From Catajapyx aquilonaris (taxonomy: Eukaryota), in assembly GCA_000934665.2 (NCBI GenBank), contig KZ538023.1:124001-179491 (forward strand): a stretch of DNA of 55,491 bases, given 5' to 3'. The notes beneath the pieces were generated by a model that was given only the letters and a program-made list of their open reading frames with translations, was not told where the DNA came from and did not search any database. Made by a program: the position numbers and the translations under genes. This document shows positions 34,625 through 47,425 of the stretch, one piece after another. Within the stretch, counting starts at the first letter, position 1. Each line of letters begins with the position of its first letter.

Positions 34625-37600
34625 CTGGAAAGACAATGATGGGTCATGTTAGAGTCTCGCAATATGCGTCAGGATTATTCATATGGGCACAAAAACAGGT
34701 GTGGATATAGCCCAACTCGTGGGAAAATGTTCATGCTGGCAGTCCACTCTCTGGAAGGTGACTACTGCTGGTGTTTGGCCCCGGGGCCGCCCCTACTGCA
34801 ACCTAGTCTCGCGTGCTAATGCTGCACTAGGCACAACTCACTTGATGGTTTTTTCATGTCGATGGAAACGGCAACACAGACGGATGGGGACGGGGTTGGG
34901 GGGGAAAAAAAAGTTTCAACAAAATGTACTGTACGTGTACGGGGAGGCCCAACTGCAGTGAATCCTGCTCAAACTGATAAAATACATTTAAGCGGCTGTA
35001 CAGTACGTACAGTCATACAGATTTGACCCAATTCCATGAAGTAAGCGGTTTTGAAACGTTGTTACTGACCGATGGGAAGCGATAGTCGAGCCATATAAAC
35101 ACCAAACTAAAAATGAATGACTGTCAGGCGGTTAGGTTTTTGACATTTTAAAATCTGACCTAGTTTTTCATTTTAAAAATTATGTCCATGTACAATATAT
35201 TCTGGAAGCATCTCAATGGCCAGAATATTTACACACTGACATTCTCTCAGTGTTTGACTCAAATTCGTGGCTAATTAACTCATAACTGCTCCTTTACTGG
35301 GGCCGACCTCCGCCAAGGTGGGCCACCATTCAACACCGCAAGTAAAAAAACTGAGCAGTAATTGCAAGTTCCTATGTAAACAAGCGCATTCAACCGAACA
35401 AGAATCATCTGTTTCCCGTTGATTAAAAAAAAAGGTAATTACTGCGCCAATGCCCATGCAGGCCAGATAGGCTTGAATGGACTCCCAGCATCCCCTCCAG
35501 GTCATGCACAAGTGAAACCTGGTGGCCTGAGGGACTGCATTCATGGGGCCATGGAAGAGCTAGGGAATTATCTGCATGAAGTGACACAGCGTGGCCAAAA
35601 ACCCTCCCCTGTTTTTTTGGAGGGGGTATAGACAGAGGTAGATGGGGAGGGGGTAACTGTTTCCACAAATTTCCCGGCGGGTAAAATGTCTGTCTCCCCA
35701 TCTCTCCAGCTCTCATACAACCCGCACCCAGCACATACACGCAAAACCACACTGTCCGCGAAAAAAAACCCATAAAATTAAATTTCAAAGCTCGTTTCTC
35801 TCCCCTACTTAACCTCACTTGATTAACCCATTTAGGGGCTTGGAGAGCCAAGTTTCTTCGTGGGAAACACTGGGCAAATACTGAACTAAACTATAACAGT
35901 ACCCACAGCATAACTTCTCAAAAAAGTGACTATAGGCAACCTCTTCGTCTCCACTCCATACAGACACCCAAACCGATCTGATTGGTGGATCAGAGGCGTC
36001 TGCTGCACCAATCAAATCGGTGGGTACAGTGCGGTACAAAAGAAATGCTCTTTTGAAACTCTACTCTCACTGAAGCTAGAAATTCTCCAACATATCTTGA
36101 AAAACTGCTAAAACTTTAAAAAAGGAACAATTAGATCGTAAATTGCAAAAAAAATTATTTTTAATCCGATTTCCACATTTCCGCCAACTTAAATCGAGAG
36201 CATCCAACATGTCTGCTCCGAAAGCCTTCCAAACTAGCATCATCCGCTTGCCATATAACCCCTTCATCCTCCTTTTCCCTCACATCCCAGACTCCTAATA
36301 AAAATAATCTGTCTAATCCTGGATGTTCCCCCCCCCCCCCTCGTCCCCTCAGCCTCCTCTGAAGAGATGACATCAATCTGTGTAAACGCGACGAGTGGTT
36401 GTGAATGGCTGGGCCCCAATTGCGTTCCCGAGCTCATAAAGGAAGCTGCCCATCCACAATGCCCCATCATAAAGTCCAAAAAGTTTGCCCAACTATATTG
36501 GACGACGTTACACGCCGTTCCGAGCTTGTATTAATACATTTTTCGGTGCAAGGGAAGGGGTTGGACCCCCTACCAATATGAGGCGCCATATCCTCTGGCA
36601 ATGGGCCCTTTCTAGGCATGTACAAAATTGGGGAGGCGAAAACAAAAGGAGGGGGGATATGACTATAGACAATATGCAAAGGTGGTCGAACCTATTATTA
36701 TCTAGGCCACCACTGCGTTTTTCTTTCCCTTATTTTTTTTTCTCTCCCGCTCCAAGGCGTCATTTCGAGGTCTTGGTTGGGAAGTCTCTTGGACGGATGA
36801 CGCTTCCCATTAATGATGCATGGCTAGAGAAAGAGGTAAGGAACGGAAAAGGGGGAACGGGAGGAAGAGGAATTATTATTCCATGTCATGAAATCGATTT
36901 CCTTCCTTCATCTTTGCTGCTTCAGCCCTTCCTCTCCATTTGGCCTCAAACTGGAGCCGACTCTTTGTAAGTAGGAACACTACCGGAATGTGTCTCCTTA
37001 CATTATTATTACATGGTAGTAAACCCCCATAAGGAAAAAAATAAAATCTGGTCAACAAAGAACAATAAAATTACGATTCGTACACTGCCTGTTTGCGAAC
37101 CATTTTAACTGATAGAAAATATTTTAAGACTAGTCTTTTGAGGGTTGCTTGAAAGAAATGGGGTTAGCGAAGGTTCCAAGAAAACATTTAATAATGGAAG
37201 GAAAAGGAGCAGTGAAAAAATAGCGGCCTGGGGACTTTTTAAGCAGGAAGAGGTCCCCCCCCCCCACTCCCCCCTTTTGGCAGAGTGTCTTGCTTTATAA
37301 TGGCGGCAGGTAATGTCCCTGTGCGGCCTCCATTACACGGTAAGAAATGGGAGCGGTTGCGACCCGGATAAAAAAAAAGTCAGGGAGTTGCAGATAGAGA
37401 AAAAAAACTGAGTTCGTAACTAAAAGATCGAGCATTGGGAATCGACTTGCGAAGTTTGTTAATTGTCCCTAGGTACGTCGCCATTTTTTTTTTGCCAATT
37501 GCGTTCATTTTAAATTATTCGAAACCAATATTTCTCTGAATACATTTAAATTTTTTTGTCACGTTTAAGTCAGACAACATTGAGTTTCGTCCTAAGAGCC

Positions 37601-38824
37601 CGGAAGCTCCCTGAAATTGAATCCCACCCCCCAAAATTCGTTTAAAAAAATAGGATCGGAATATGGAAGTGGCGGTTTTTTGAAATCTTTGCCTTTTTTT
37701 CTTCCTCGAAGGTTGATTTGATATGGCAGCAAAAATGGCAGAAGAGCATGGAGAGAGGAACTGAAGAACGGAGGCGCCCATTAGTTTCTACATGCCCTGG
37801 CTAATGGGCTGGAATTGCGTTTGGACTCTTCAGGAAAAAGAGGAGGGGTGGATCGAGAGCCCACTTCTGCTTCCTTCCTTTCCAGTGTTTCCTACAACTA
37901 GCAGCATCCTCTTCTGGAAAAAAATCGTTAAGCCTCCAGAAAAATTTAACATGGAGGCTAATCGTCATGTGTGTGTGTGTGTGTGTTTTTTAACAGCAAA
38001 GAGGAAAAATAGTATTCTCTTTTCTCCTAAGGTGCGTCTCGTGGGCCCAGCAAGGCGAACCCAAAGTGCCCTTTTAACAGTTTTGCAGGAATTTCACGCT
38101 ATGAGGCTCGCCTTGAATGCGGCCCTGTTTCACGCCAGGCTCCCAAAACGATGATTATATGGGCAGACGGAAAGCCGCAGAGCTGCATGGGAATAATCTG
38201 GAAAGGGTAGAGGCTTCTCATCTCTTCGGTCTAAAAAGACGCAGTTGCAAGTTTTAATCGCACAGCCTCGTAATCTGGGGAGCCTTCAGATCATTTACAT
38301 AGTCTTAGCACTGGGGGGTGACTGGAGGAAGAAAAAAAAATTGCATCAAGTGCTGGGCAATACCATGTCGATTTCGTGTTCATCCTGCATGTTTCATGGA
38401 TAATTTAATTTCCAGACATACCGGTTCTTCACATCATTAAGATCTATCACTCATGTTGCATTGGGGACTTTAAGCTTGCAACCTACAGGTATGATGTAAA
38501 TAGGCTCGAATTAAGCCTCAATTACACCCAGCGTTCTGTATAAGTGGGAGTGACACAATGCGATTAGTCCCAAACACAAGCTTATAGGAATAAGAATCGG
38601 AGTCCAAAGTGAGCAATCCGAATGGTGACAGTATTCATCGATCCTAACATGCCTTCGATGCATTCCCCGGGTTTTATTTTACCCCAAGCTCCCTTTGCTA
38701 GGCGACCTTTCAGGGTAGATTAGGGGGAAAATTTCTTCAGTTTCATGTCATGAAAGGAAAGTTATGCAAATTGCAGTTTAAGGGGAGATGAATCAAGGGC
38801 TGTCAGACTGAGGGGGGGGGGGGG

Positions 38825-39107
38825 NNNNNNNNNNNNNNNNNNNNNNNNNNNNNNNNNNNNNNNNNNNNNNNNNNNNNNNNNNNNNNNNNNNNNNNNNNNN
38901 NNNNNNNNNNNNNNNNNNNNNNNNNNNNNNNNNNNNNNNNNNNNNNNNNNNNNNNNNNNNNNNNNNNNNNNNNNNNNNNNNNNNNNNNNNNNNNNNNNNN
39001 NNNNNNNNNNNNNNNNNNNNNNNNNNNNNNNNNNNNNNNNNNNNNNNNNNNNNNNNNNNNNNNNNNNNNNNNNNNNNNNNNNNNNNNNNNNNNNNNNNNN
39101 NNNNNNN
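38825..39107. other. Assembly gap (N run) flanked by poly-G
   Basis: N bases. Confidence 0.99.
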
Positions 39108-40380
39108 GGGGGGGGGGTTCACAGACTGTGACATGTTGGGTATAAGGTGTTCTAAAAAAAATCATTCTGAACCAGCAGGTTTTTCCCAACCTTCATTAGT
39201 TGCTCCCAAAATGAACACGTCTAAGTGGTCCCAGTTTTTCACCTGCATAATTGGTGAGGACCGTCTGACTCCTCTAAACGCCCATTTGTTGGGAAGGCCT
39301 CCCTTACCGGAAATTACCCCCCCTAACCTCCAAATTGGAAAACGATTAATATTCCAGCATGTAACCCTTTTCCTCTTGGCAAGTCCCTGACAGTTTTAAT
39401 CTTCCCGCCAGGGGCACCTTTCGCCCCCCGGAAAACACGTCACTCCAACAAAACGTCACCTCTCCTAGGAAATCAAGCTAAAGCGCTGACAACTTCTGGG
39501 TGGGTTCACCCATCGGATGTGACGTGTTGCAATAAAAACACACACAACACACCCTGTATATAGGCTATACCAAAAAAGTCAGCTGGCTCCAGATGCTACT
39601 ACTTTTCTGCGGGCTGGTTTGTAGCAACACCACTTAAACTTGTCGTTAAGGTGAGGGTGGAAAAAAAAAGTTGTGGGCAAAACCCTACGTGCAATGAACA
39701 AGCAAAAAGTCCGCAGGGGTGAAGCCCTGGAGCCAAAACTTTTACATAGCCCCCCCCCTTCCAACCAGCCCCCCCACTTCCCCAAAACTCGAATCCAAAC
39801 AGATTTACGAGCAGACTTTTTCCAGAGCAGCTCAGTCCAGTCTGGTNGTTCTTCCCTTTCCCCCCCCCCCCCGCAACTAAAACGTGTCTCGGAGGCCATT
39901 CTTTCATCTCAAGAAAACTCCCAGGGTGGCCAACTTCCGGCACACCCACACACCCACACACACTAAATCACTTTCAGAGCTGGGCATCATCAGGTACAGT
40001 ATCCCCTGCCTGTATTAATCAGAGTCTATGTGTTGAGCCGGAGAGCCCCAAAATTAATTAAGTGTGCTGCTAAATTAGTCAGCGACGGATTTGTACTGCA
40101 ATGCAGAGATTGAAAATCCCCTGCTTTATTAGTTTCGTTACGTTCGGGCTGTATGAACATGCAGTGCAGCAATTGTGGGTAAAGTGCACTGTAAAATATT
40201 TTGTGTACAAAGTTTTTTTTTTCTTTTTAAGAAAAAAGCAGGCCAACCGATTATTCAAACAGTAAGACGGCTTGTTTACACAAACGAACTTTCTTTCATA
40301 AATAAGCAAACATTAAATTAATTATATCTCACTATTTAAGACAATAATTGCACACCATTTGTCGATTAACTTTTCGATCA

Positions 40381-40450
40381 TTTACGGCAGATGTATACGT
40401 ATGCAGATTTCGCCAGCTTGATTTTAACTGAATGAAGTACGATACTTTGG
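40381..40450 (-). mobile_element. MITE family D internal fragment, reverse orientation
   Basis: gtatgcagatttcgccagcttgattttaactgaatgaagtacgat is the reverse complement of the family D interior. Confidence 0.7.
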
Positions 40451-43073
40451 GTATATAGTCATTGTTACTGTAATGCTGTCGACTTCTGTAACAAAAATTC
40501 CAATACCTACTGCAACACTAACCTGTATATGAGTACTCAGGTTGAATCAACCGACCTGCGAGGCTTTTGTCCTCTGGCCATGCTCATATTACAACAAAAT
40601 CGTATCATTTCCTCCGAAGCCAGCCACTAAAAAAAAATCGGTGCCATCGGATCCTCTTAGAAAAGTATGAACTGCAGATAAAAATTGTACGCACAGGATG
40701 TCTTTAAAAAAATTGCTTAACTACGTTGTTCAATTTTTCTTTCTATCTTTTCCCTTGACTTTTAAAGGGATTGGGGGAATTTTTGATCCGGTGGAGAGTT
40801 GGCGCGGAAAAAGTGGCGAATCCGTCCCAGAATAAATTCCGTAAGTTTGGACTGCTCGCATCTGGTATTCAAATCAAGCGCACCCCCTCCGGATTTTATG
40901 GTGTCTGCAGCCAGACGTGGCCAACACTTGCAACTACCCCCCACTCTTCCCCACCTCCTCTATAGCTCTATTCATATTTTTACATAGTCACGCGCCCACA
41001 ATTTGAAGGAAAAAAAAAAACCCAACAGGACGGAAGAGCTAAATACCAGAACACTATTTCACTAACTTCAGAGATTATCTTAACAATTCGCGGACCACAG
41101 AAGCCTCAACTTTGCCATTTTTTGGCATCATGCCCTCCGGCATCTTTAAGGGTTTCCTGCCGGTTTCTTGCGCACCCCTCTAAAAAAAAAAGAGTCGTTT
41201 TCCGAAAAGTTACTCGTCATACTTTTGTCTAGACTTTTTGCGACACAAAAAAAGTTGAAAGAAATACTGCCTTGGGAACAACTCGAGTGGTGTGTTTCAA
41301 CTACGGGTTTTATTATTTTTAAAGCCCCGCGCTGTGCTTTTGCGTCTAAACCACACGTTCTAATCTTTACTGGGGTCTGATGAGTCCCACATTCCTGGGA
41401 TGCCATTGCATACACCCTACAGAAACCCTCCTCTTTAAAAAAAAAAGTCTCTAGGAAGAGCTGGATGAAAGGCAATTCAGGGAGTCAGTCCCCAACCAAG
41501 TGGAGGTCCACTTGTAGCCAATTAAATCGCGCCTAATCGAATGTACTGCGGAATGGGAGCATCAGTGATAGTGAAGATCACACGTGTGTGACCCATCCCT
41601 AGCAGCCTCCTCCTGGAGCTAAAGAACATGGAAAAAGAGCATGATGAATGAGATTCCATCCACAAAGGGGCTTCCTGTGTGTGCCAGGCAGGAGCATGGC
41701 GTGAAATTAAAATAAATAAGAACCGGGGAAATTCCCAGCNCCCCCCCCCCCAAAAAAAAAGGCTCAGGTACTACCAGACATTTTTTCGGCTCTCTAAGGC
41801 TTCAGTCCTCCGGGAAGTGAAGTGGCGTGAAATGAAATTTTGGAGACTTCCAACTCTGCGATGTTATCAGGACCACGACTTGCTGCATCAAATCCAACTC
41901 TGCACGACATTTTCTTCGCTTTCAATCCTCGCTTCCCTTCCACCCTCCCCACCCAAAAAATGCGGCGGTTTCATTTGTTTCGCATCCCGAAATTTCTTTT
42001 TTTCTGCGACTACGAATAGATGCAGAGCAGATCCTATACGAAGGAAGCTTGTCAACCCCTCCGCTCCTTTTGTGCCAATCGGATTGTCCCAATCGCAGCC
42101 TTCGGGGGCCAAATAAGGCGGCTTTAATTCAGGCGCTTCCATAATTCATGGCACTTTCTCCGCCAAACCCCGACATTTCCTAAATCCTAGTTCCACGACC
42201 TTTCACTCAATATGTGGCAAAGGCGACCTCCCCAAAAAAATTCCTCTTGCATATTATGCTGCCTGCATATTCCCACGGATCGATTGTTTGACCACCTCGA
42301 CGACAGAACTGATGGCATGTCCCCCCCCTTTCCGTAATAATCCGGTAGAAAAGCCTGTGATGAAGGTGCATACCCATCATCTCTGTGAGGGAAAGGGGAA
42401 GGAAGGAAGGAAAAAAAAAATCTGGAAGCATCTCGTGGCGAGATGAATCTGCTGCCAGCATCCCAGCCCAATCTTGGTTCCATTTCCCTGCTGCAGATGA
42501 AATAGGCTTAGACTAAGCCTATCTTGGGGGGATGGGAGGGCCTCGAGATGAAAAAGGTTGGGAGGTTTTTTTAGGGGGGGGGGGGGAGGAGACCCGTTGG
42601 GGAAAAACCAGAGGTTCCGCACTAAAGCAAAAAGGAAAATAAATCGCGTCCACTTTAGCTCTCTAGTCCACTACATGTGGTTTATGATTTAGTTGGACGC
42701 CTGCTGAATAGGCCAATTTCCGCCCCAAAAAATCGCGGTGTACAAATTTATGTGTTTATCATTCAACGCAGTGTTCAAACAATGGCACGTCCGCACAAAT
42801 AAAGCCGTGTGAATAATGTTTTAATTGGCCTGATTTTTTTGACGTTTTCCCTTGGGAAGTTGGGAAGGAAAATAGGAGAATATGACTGTTGAAAAATTGC
42901 TATTTTCCTCCCAAGTGAAAGTTTGCTACTTTGAGAGAAAATATTTGGAACGACTATGGTTGAATTTCCAGTAAAAGGATTTCAAGCCATAAGGTATAAC
43001 TGAAGGCACAGTTAAAAATTGTCTCTTTAAAAAACGGAAAGTAAGCAACTGCGTTATACCAATTATAACTGGA

Positions 43074-43286
43074 CGGTGATATGCAATAATGTGTCAACCC
43101 ACAAAAAAAAGTCGAAATTGAGTCACGTCAGTGATCGTAATTCATTCAGTTAAAATCAATCTGGCGAAATTTGCATATTTCTGCCATAAATGACCCAAAA
43201 TGACACTGAAATAATTTCACAGGTGTGACATACATTTTTCTCAAAACTGTTCTCGTGTAGGTTGACTCATTACTGCATTTTCACCG
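43074..43286. mobile_element. MITE family D, copy 2 (about 30-bp TIRs starting CGGTG; Tc1/mariner-like ends)
   Basis: cggtgatatgcaataatgtgtcaacccaca / tgtaggttgactcattactgcattttcaccg followed by TA. Confidence 0.75.
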
Positions 43287-46122
43287 TACAATTATGCATA
43301 CAATAATAGAATATATGCAACAAGTCTTTTTTGGGCGATATAAAACGCTCTAATGCAAGAATGAAAAAGGATATGATATCTCGCAACTTCTTTTTGTCCG
43401 TACGATTTATGTTTCGGGCGTGAAAAGAACGGGCGTCTTTTATCTATACCTCGAGCACACAAAAAACGGATATAAAAGTCACTTTTTTAAAGATAAAAAG
43501 TGCGACAAAATGTCTCGAAACTGAAAAATTCACGAGGATTTTTAAAAAGGCACTTTTGATTGCTGATTGCTAATTTCTAATATCCATTTGGCCCCGACCG
43601 GCTGCTGTGAAAGTAACTCGGTCACTGTGTGTTCACGTCCAGTACATGCCACGGTACGGTTACTTTTATAACCATGTTAGCTCTAATTACTAGGCTAACT
43701 GTGAGTGCTAAAATTAATATGCCTTCAAGAACAATTCGCACAGACACAATGGGCTCCCGAAATTTTCACAGCCCCAGCTCCTATTACGCTCTGCATGCTC
43801 ACATTTCCAGCTAATAATGTAATTCCCTTATCGTTCTCTTTTTTTTTCGGCGCTAATTCCCATGCCAATTAAGTCAACAGCGTGACTTCTACTAGATGAG
43901 GATTCTGCTGCCAGCAGCCAAAATCATACTTCTATATAGAAGCTTGGGGGGAGAAAAAAATGGAGCAGTCGAGAGAAAACTTGAAATTGGTGCAGAAGAG
44001 GGACGTCTTGTCGGAACGAAATAACTAGTCCTCGAAAATCCTGAAAGTGCCTACACCAATCCCCATCCAACAACCTGCACAAACAATTATTAGCTCCGAC
44101 AGAATAATTTGGGAAGGGAAGCCTCTAGTATCGATCACTAAAACGGCAGTGCGAGAAAAGTCCTTCGCTTCTCTCTAGGATCTCTTGTCTAGAACCCCCC
44201 CCCCCCTCCAAAAAAATGTCTCCCCCGTTCCCAAAATGTCGGGCCACCATTTTTCCTCGATTAATTAAGGCACAAAAGCGGCGTTGGAATCGCCGGCGTG
44301 AGAAATGGAGGCAAAAAGCTCCGTCGTTTGGATGGGCAGCAAAAACATAAGGCTCTATGCTAATGCAGGATCCGGATCTGCCATTCTAATGAGAACTAGG
44401 GGGGGAAGGAGTATAGGAAGGGAGTGGCCCTTAGTTCCTCCCCATCCTAAAATTTATGCCCCCCCACCCCACCCATAGAAGAAAAACAAGATAAGGGCGG
44501 GATACCACATACTGCATGTAAGTATAGCACATGAGCCGCATAAGTTGGCTCACATGAGCTGCATAAGTTGTGTGAAAAAAGTGGGGAAAGTCGTATCCTC
44601 ATTATATAACACACACAAAAAAAAATAACAGGGGGAAAAAAAAATCCGGAAGGAAGGCGGTGGGGCCAGGGGCTGAAAAATACGGGCGGCCTCTGGTCCC
44701 CGGAACGACCCCATAAGGCCTGCCAAGCCTGGCCCGAATTTACGGGCCCTCTCCGGTCATTTTCTGAGGGGGGGAAACGACATGTCCTTGCAAGGCTGCC
44801 ACGAGAAACGAGGCTCAGGAAGGAAAGAAAAAAAAGGAAAATGGATAGGTCCTGACCCCAAAAAAATATGCAGCCATTTGCATCCAAGCTCTGCCCATCA
44901 AATCAAAATAAAAATAGCAACCCAAATCATTTCGTCACAGTTTGTCGAAAGGTTTGACATATTAAGTCAGTGTGTCATCAAGTTTTGGTCGGACAGCTGA
45001 CCCATGCTCCACTAGCTCTGACAGTGTCATTTGTTTACTCGTCGTTGTTGTCAACATGTACACACTGCTTTATTCGTGTCAATGTTTTGAACACGTTTGG
45101 AGGTGATGTCCCTTTGTCGGCTTCCCATGTTTGGAAAACTGGTTTCCAACCCATGCTGATATAATATTGTAGGCAACCTAAAACCGTATAAGGCACGTTT
45201 TTGCGTGTGAAAGCAGGTCATCTCAGGTCACTCCAAAACCAATTTCCTGGACCCGGGGCTGACAAAATAGCATTTTGCTGTCCTCACTGATTGGCTACAT
45301 TATATTCCCCCATATCGTCCCTCCCCAAAAAATGCCGCGGAGCCGTTTTGCACTCCAAAAAGCACACTCCTTGTCAAATTTCCTCCTTCAAGGCTTCTTC
45401 TTCCCAAGTTTTGAGAAGGAGGGAGAGAGTCGACTGCCTTCTTCTTTTGTGGAAGGTCCCTGCGGTGCCCAAGCCTGTCAAAAGTCTTGGCAGAATCCCT
45501 CCTTATAAGAGGGGGTCTTCTTTTCCTTCCGCTGAAAAATCCTCCCAGAAGCCCAACTGATGGATGACTTCTAGGAAAATCCATCTTGGCAAGTCAGGAA
45601 TCACCTTGGCAGTAGCGCCTCATCCGTTTCCTCAGAAAACATTATGAGGCTTAGCTCTTGCCTCGGCTCGTATACGTATATAAGAGTTTGCTTCAAACAA
45701 CGCGGGATGGAAATTGCGGGTAGCACGCATCACCCTAAAATTGCGTGGGTCACGTAAAAAAAAATGGCCCGTTATTTTAGCTACGGCTTCCTTACAAGGA
45801 GTAATCAGCGAAGACGGATTCTGGCGAAGTCAAAAATAACTCGTCATCTGCTTTGCATGGTACGGCAGACAGTATGGAAGCCATCCAGTCAGAATCCGCC
45901 TTTAAATATAAACTAGGAAATCACTCTATGGCGCAGGAGTAGAAAGCCGCTTCGCTCGGTTTTTTCTAGACCTGCGGCCTACGGTGGCTTTGATCTTCGA
46001 ACAGCCCGGTTATCATAACACTTTCCTGAAAGTATCAAGAATGAACTGTTTACTGACTGTCAACCATGCACCTGACAGTTGCGCCAACTGGACAACAATA
46101 CAGGGATGGGTGTATGGAGAAC

Positions 46123-46435
46123 CTCGAGTCAGAGAGTCGCCAACTTCTGACTCTTCACGTCGTCTCTGATTGGCTGGAGTAAACCTGCACTACTCCAGCC
46201 AATCGCAGTCGACCATGACGTCAGAGCCGGACACAATTTCCATAGCAACGCAAGATGGCGGCCTCCATATGACACAAAAACAGTTCAAAATTACTCCAGC
46301 CAATCGGAGTCGACTGTGACGTCCGAGCCAGCAACGCAAGATGGCTGCCTCCATATGACACGTAGGCAGTCCAAAAATTACGCCAGCCAATCATAGACGA
46401 TGTGAAGTCAGAAGTTGGCGACCCTCTTCCTCGAG
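46123..46435. mobile_element. MITE family C, copy 2 with an internal duplication
   Basis: TIRs gagagtcgccaacttctgact...gattggctggagta / tacgccagccaatcatagacgatgtgaagtcagaagttggcgaccctc, extended by ctcgag on both sides; the block ccagccaatc...gcaacgcaagatggc.gcctccatatgacac occurs twice. Confidence 0.82.
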
Positions 46436-46494
46436 CCTCAGGTGGAAAGGGAGCGAAGTTGACTCTCCGGCAGTCAGAGTTCGAATTGATAGTT

Positions 46495-46660
46495 CCCCCT
46501 TCCACCCACCAGAGGCGCTGCTTCCACCCGCTGCGCATGAGTCGAACGCGGGCCAATAGGAAGCGTCGCGGTAACAATACGCGGCCGACCAATCAAAGGG
46601 ATTGTACAAACTACGATATTAATATTATTGGATCAGTAATGTGTGGCGCCATCTATGTGA
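46495..46660 (+). repeat. Dispersed repeat family A, copy 2
   Basis: Similar to 17573-17735. Confidence 0.8.
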
Positions 46661-47383
46661 GACATAAGGTACTGGCGCAATGCTCATTTCCCTGCTAGTT
46701 GCTCGAATTACATTAAAAATTGACAACAGTCCAAAGACCAAAAAGGGCCGTCCAATTACTGGCCAAAAAACCACACGAGCGCCATGTTTACTCAGGGCGA
46801 ATAATGCAGGGATGTGGATAATTAGAAGAAGTGTATTTGACGTGCGACGTGGCGGGGAACGGCCCCCTAATGGCGTCGCTCATCACACTTGACTCTCTCC
46901 TCTTTTTTTTTTTTGTAGTTCAGGCTTTAGCCGGGGATGAAGCAATTTTTTGGTCCAATCGCCCGGTTGGTGTGAGGTTAGAAAAACAGGACAAATGGCG
47001 GCTTGAGCGTAGAGAGGTTGCAGAGAGCGATGTGTTTACAGGAGGCCAGACCATTGTTAGCAAGCGGAGTTTCTTCCTTCGTGTGTGTGTCTCCCGCAAC
47101 ACTTGAGCACCATCCAAAAAAACACACAGAATCGATCATTCTTCTTTGGAAGTTCGCTGTACCAAGCAAGTTACAGCCGAGCTAGCTTAATCCTTCGGAT
47201 TATCCAAAGACGTCATCCGCAACAATCAGAGTGGGATGAAAGAGTGTCTGTTCCGGAATCAGGCGAGCGGGTGTGAAGAGCACGGGTGTAATTTGCCCTT
47301 CGCCGGAATAAGCCGAGCTAGAATCCCCGGAATTAACCCTATGGGAATCGGGGAGGACGGGGAACTCCTAATCCTCCGGAGAA

Positions 47384-47386
<3 letters not shown>

Positions 47387-47420
<34 letters not shown>
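47387..47420. repeat. (AG)17 microsatellite
   Basis: Direct reading. Confidence 0.95.
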
Positions 47421-47425
<5 letters not shown>

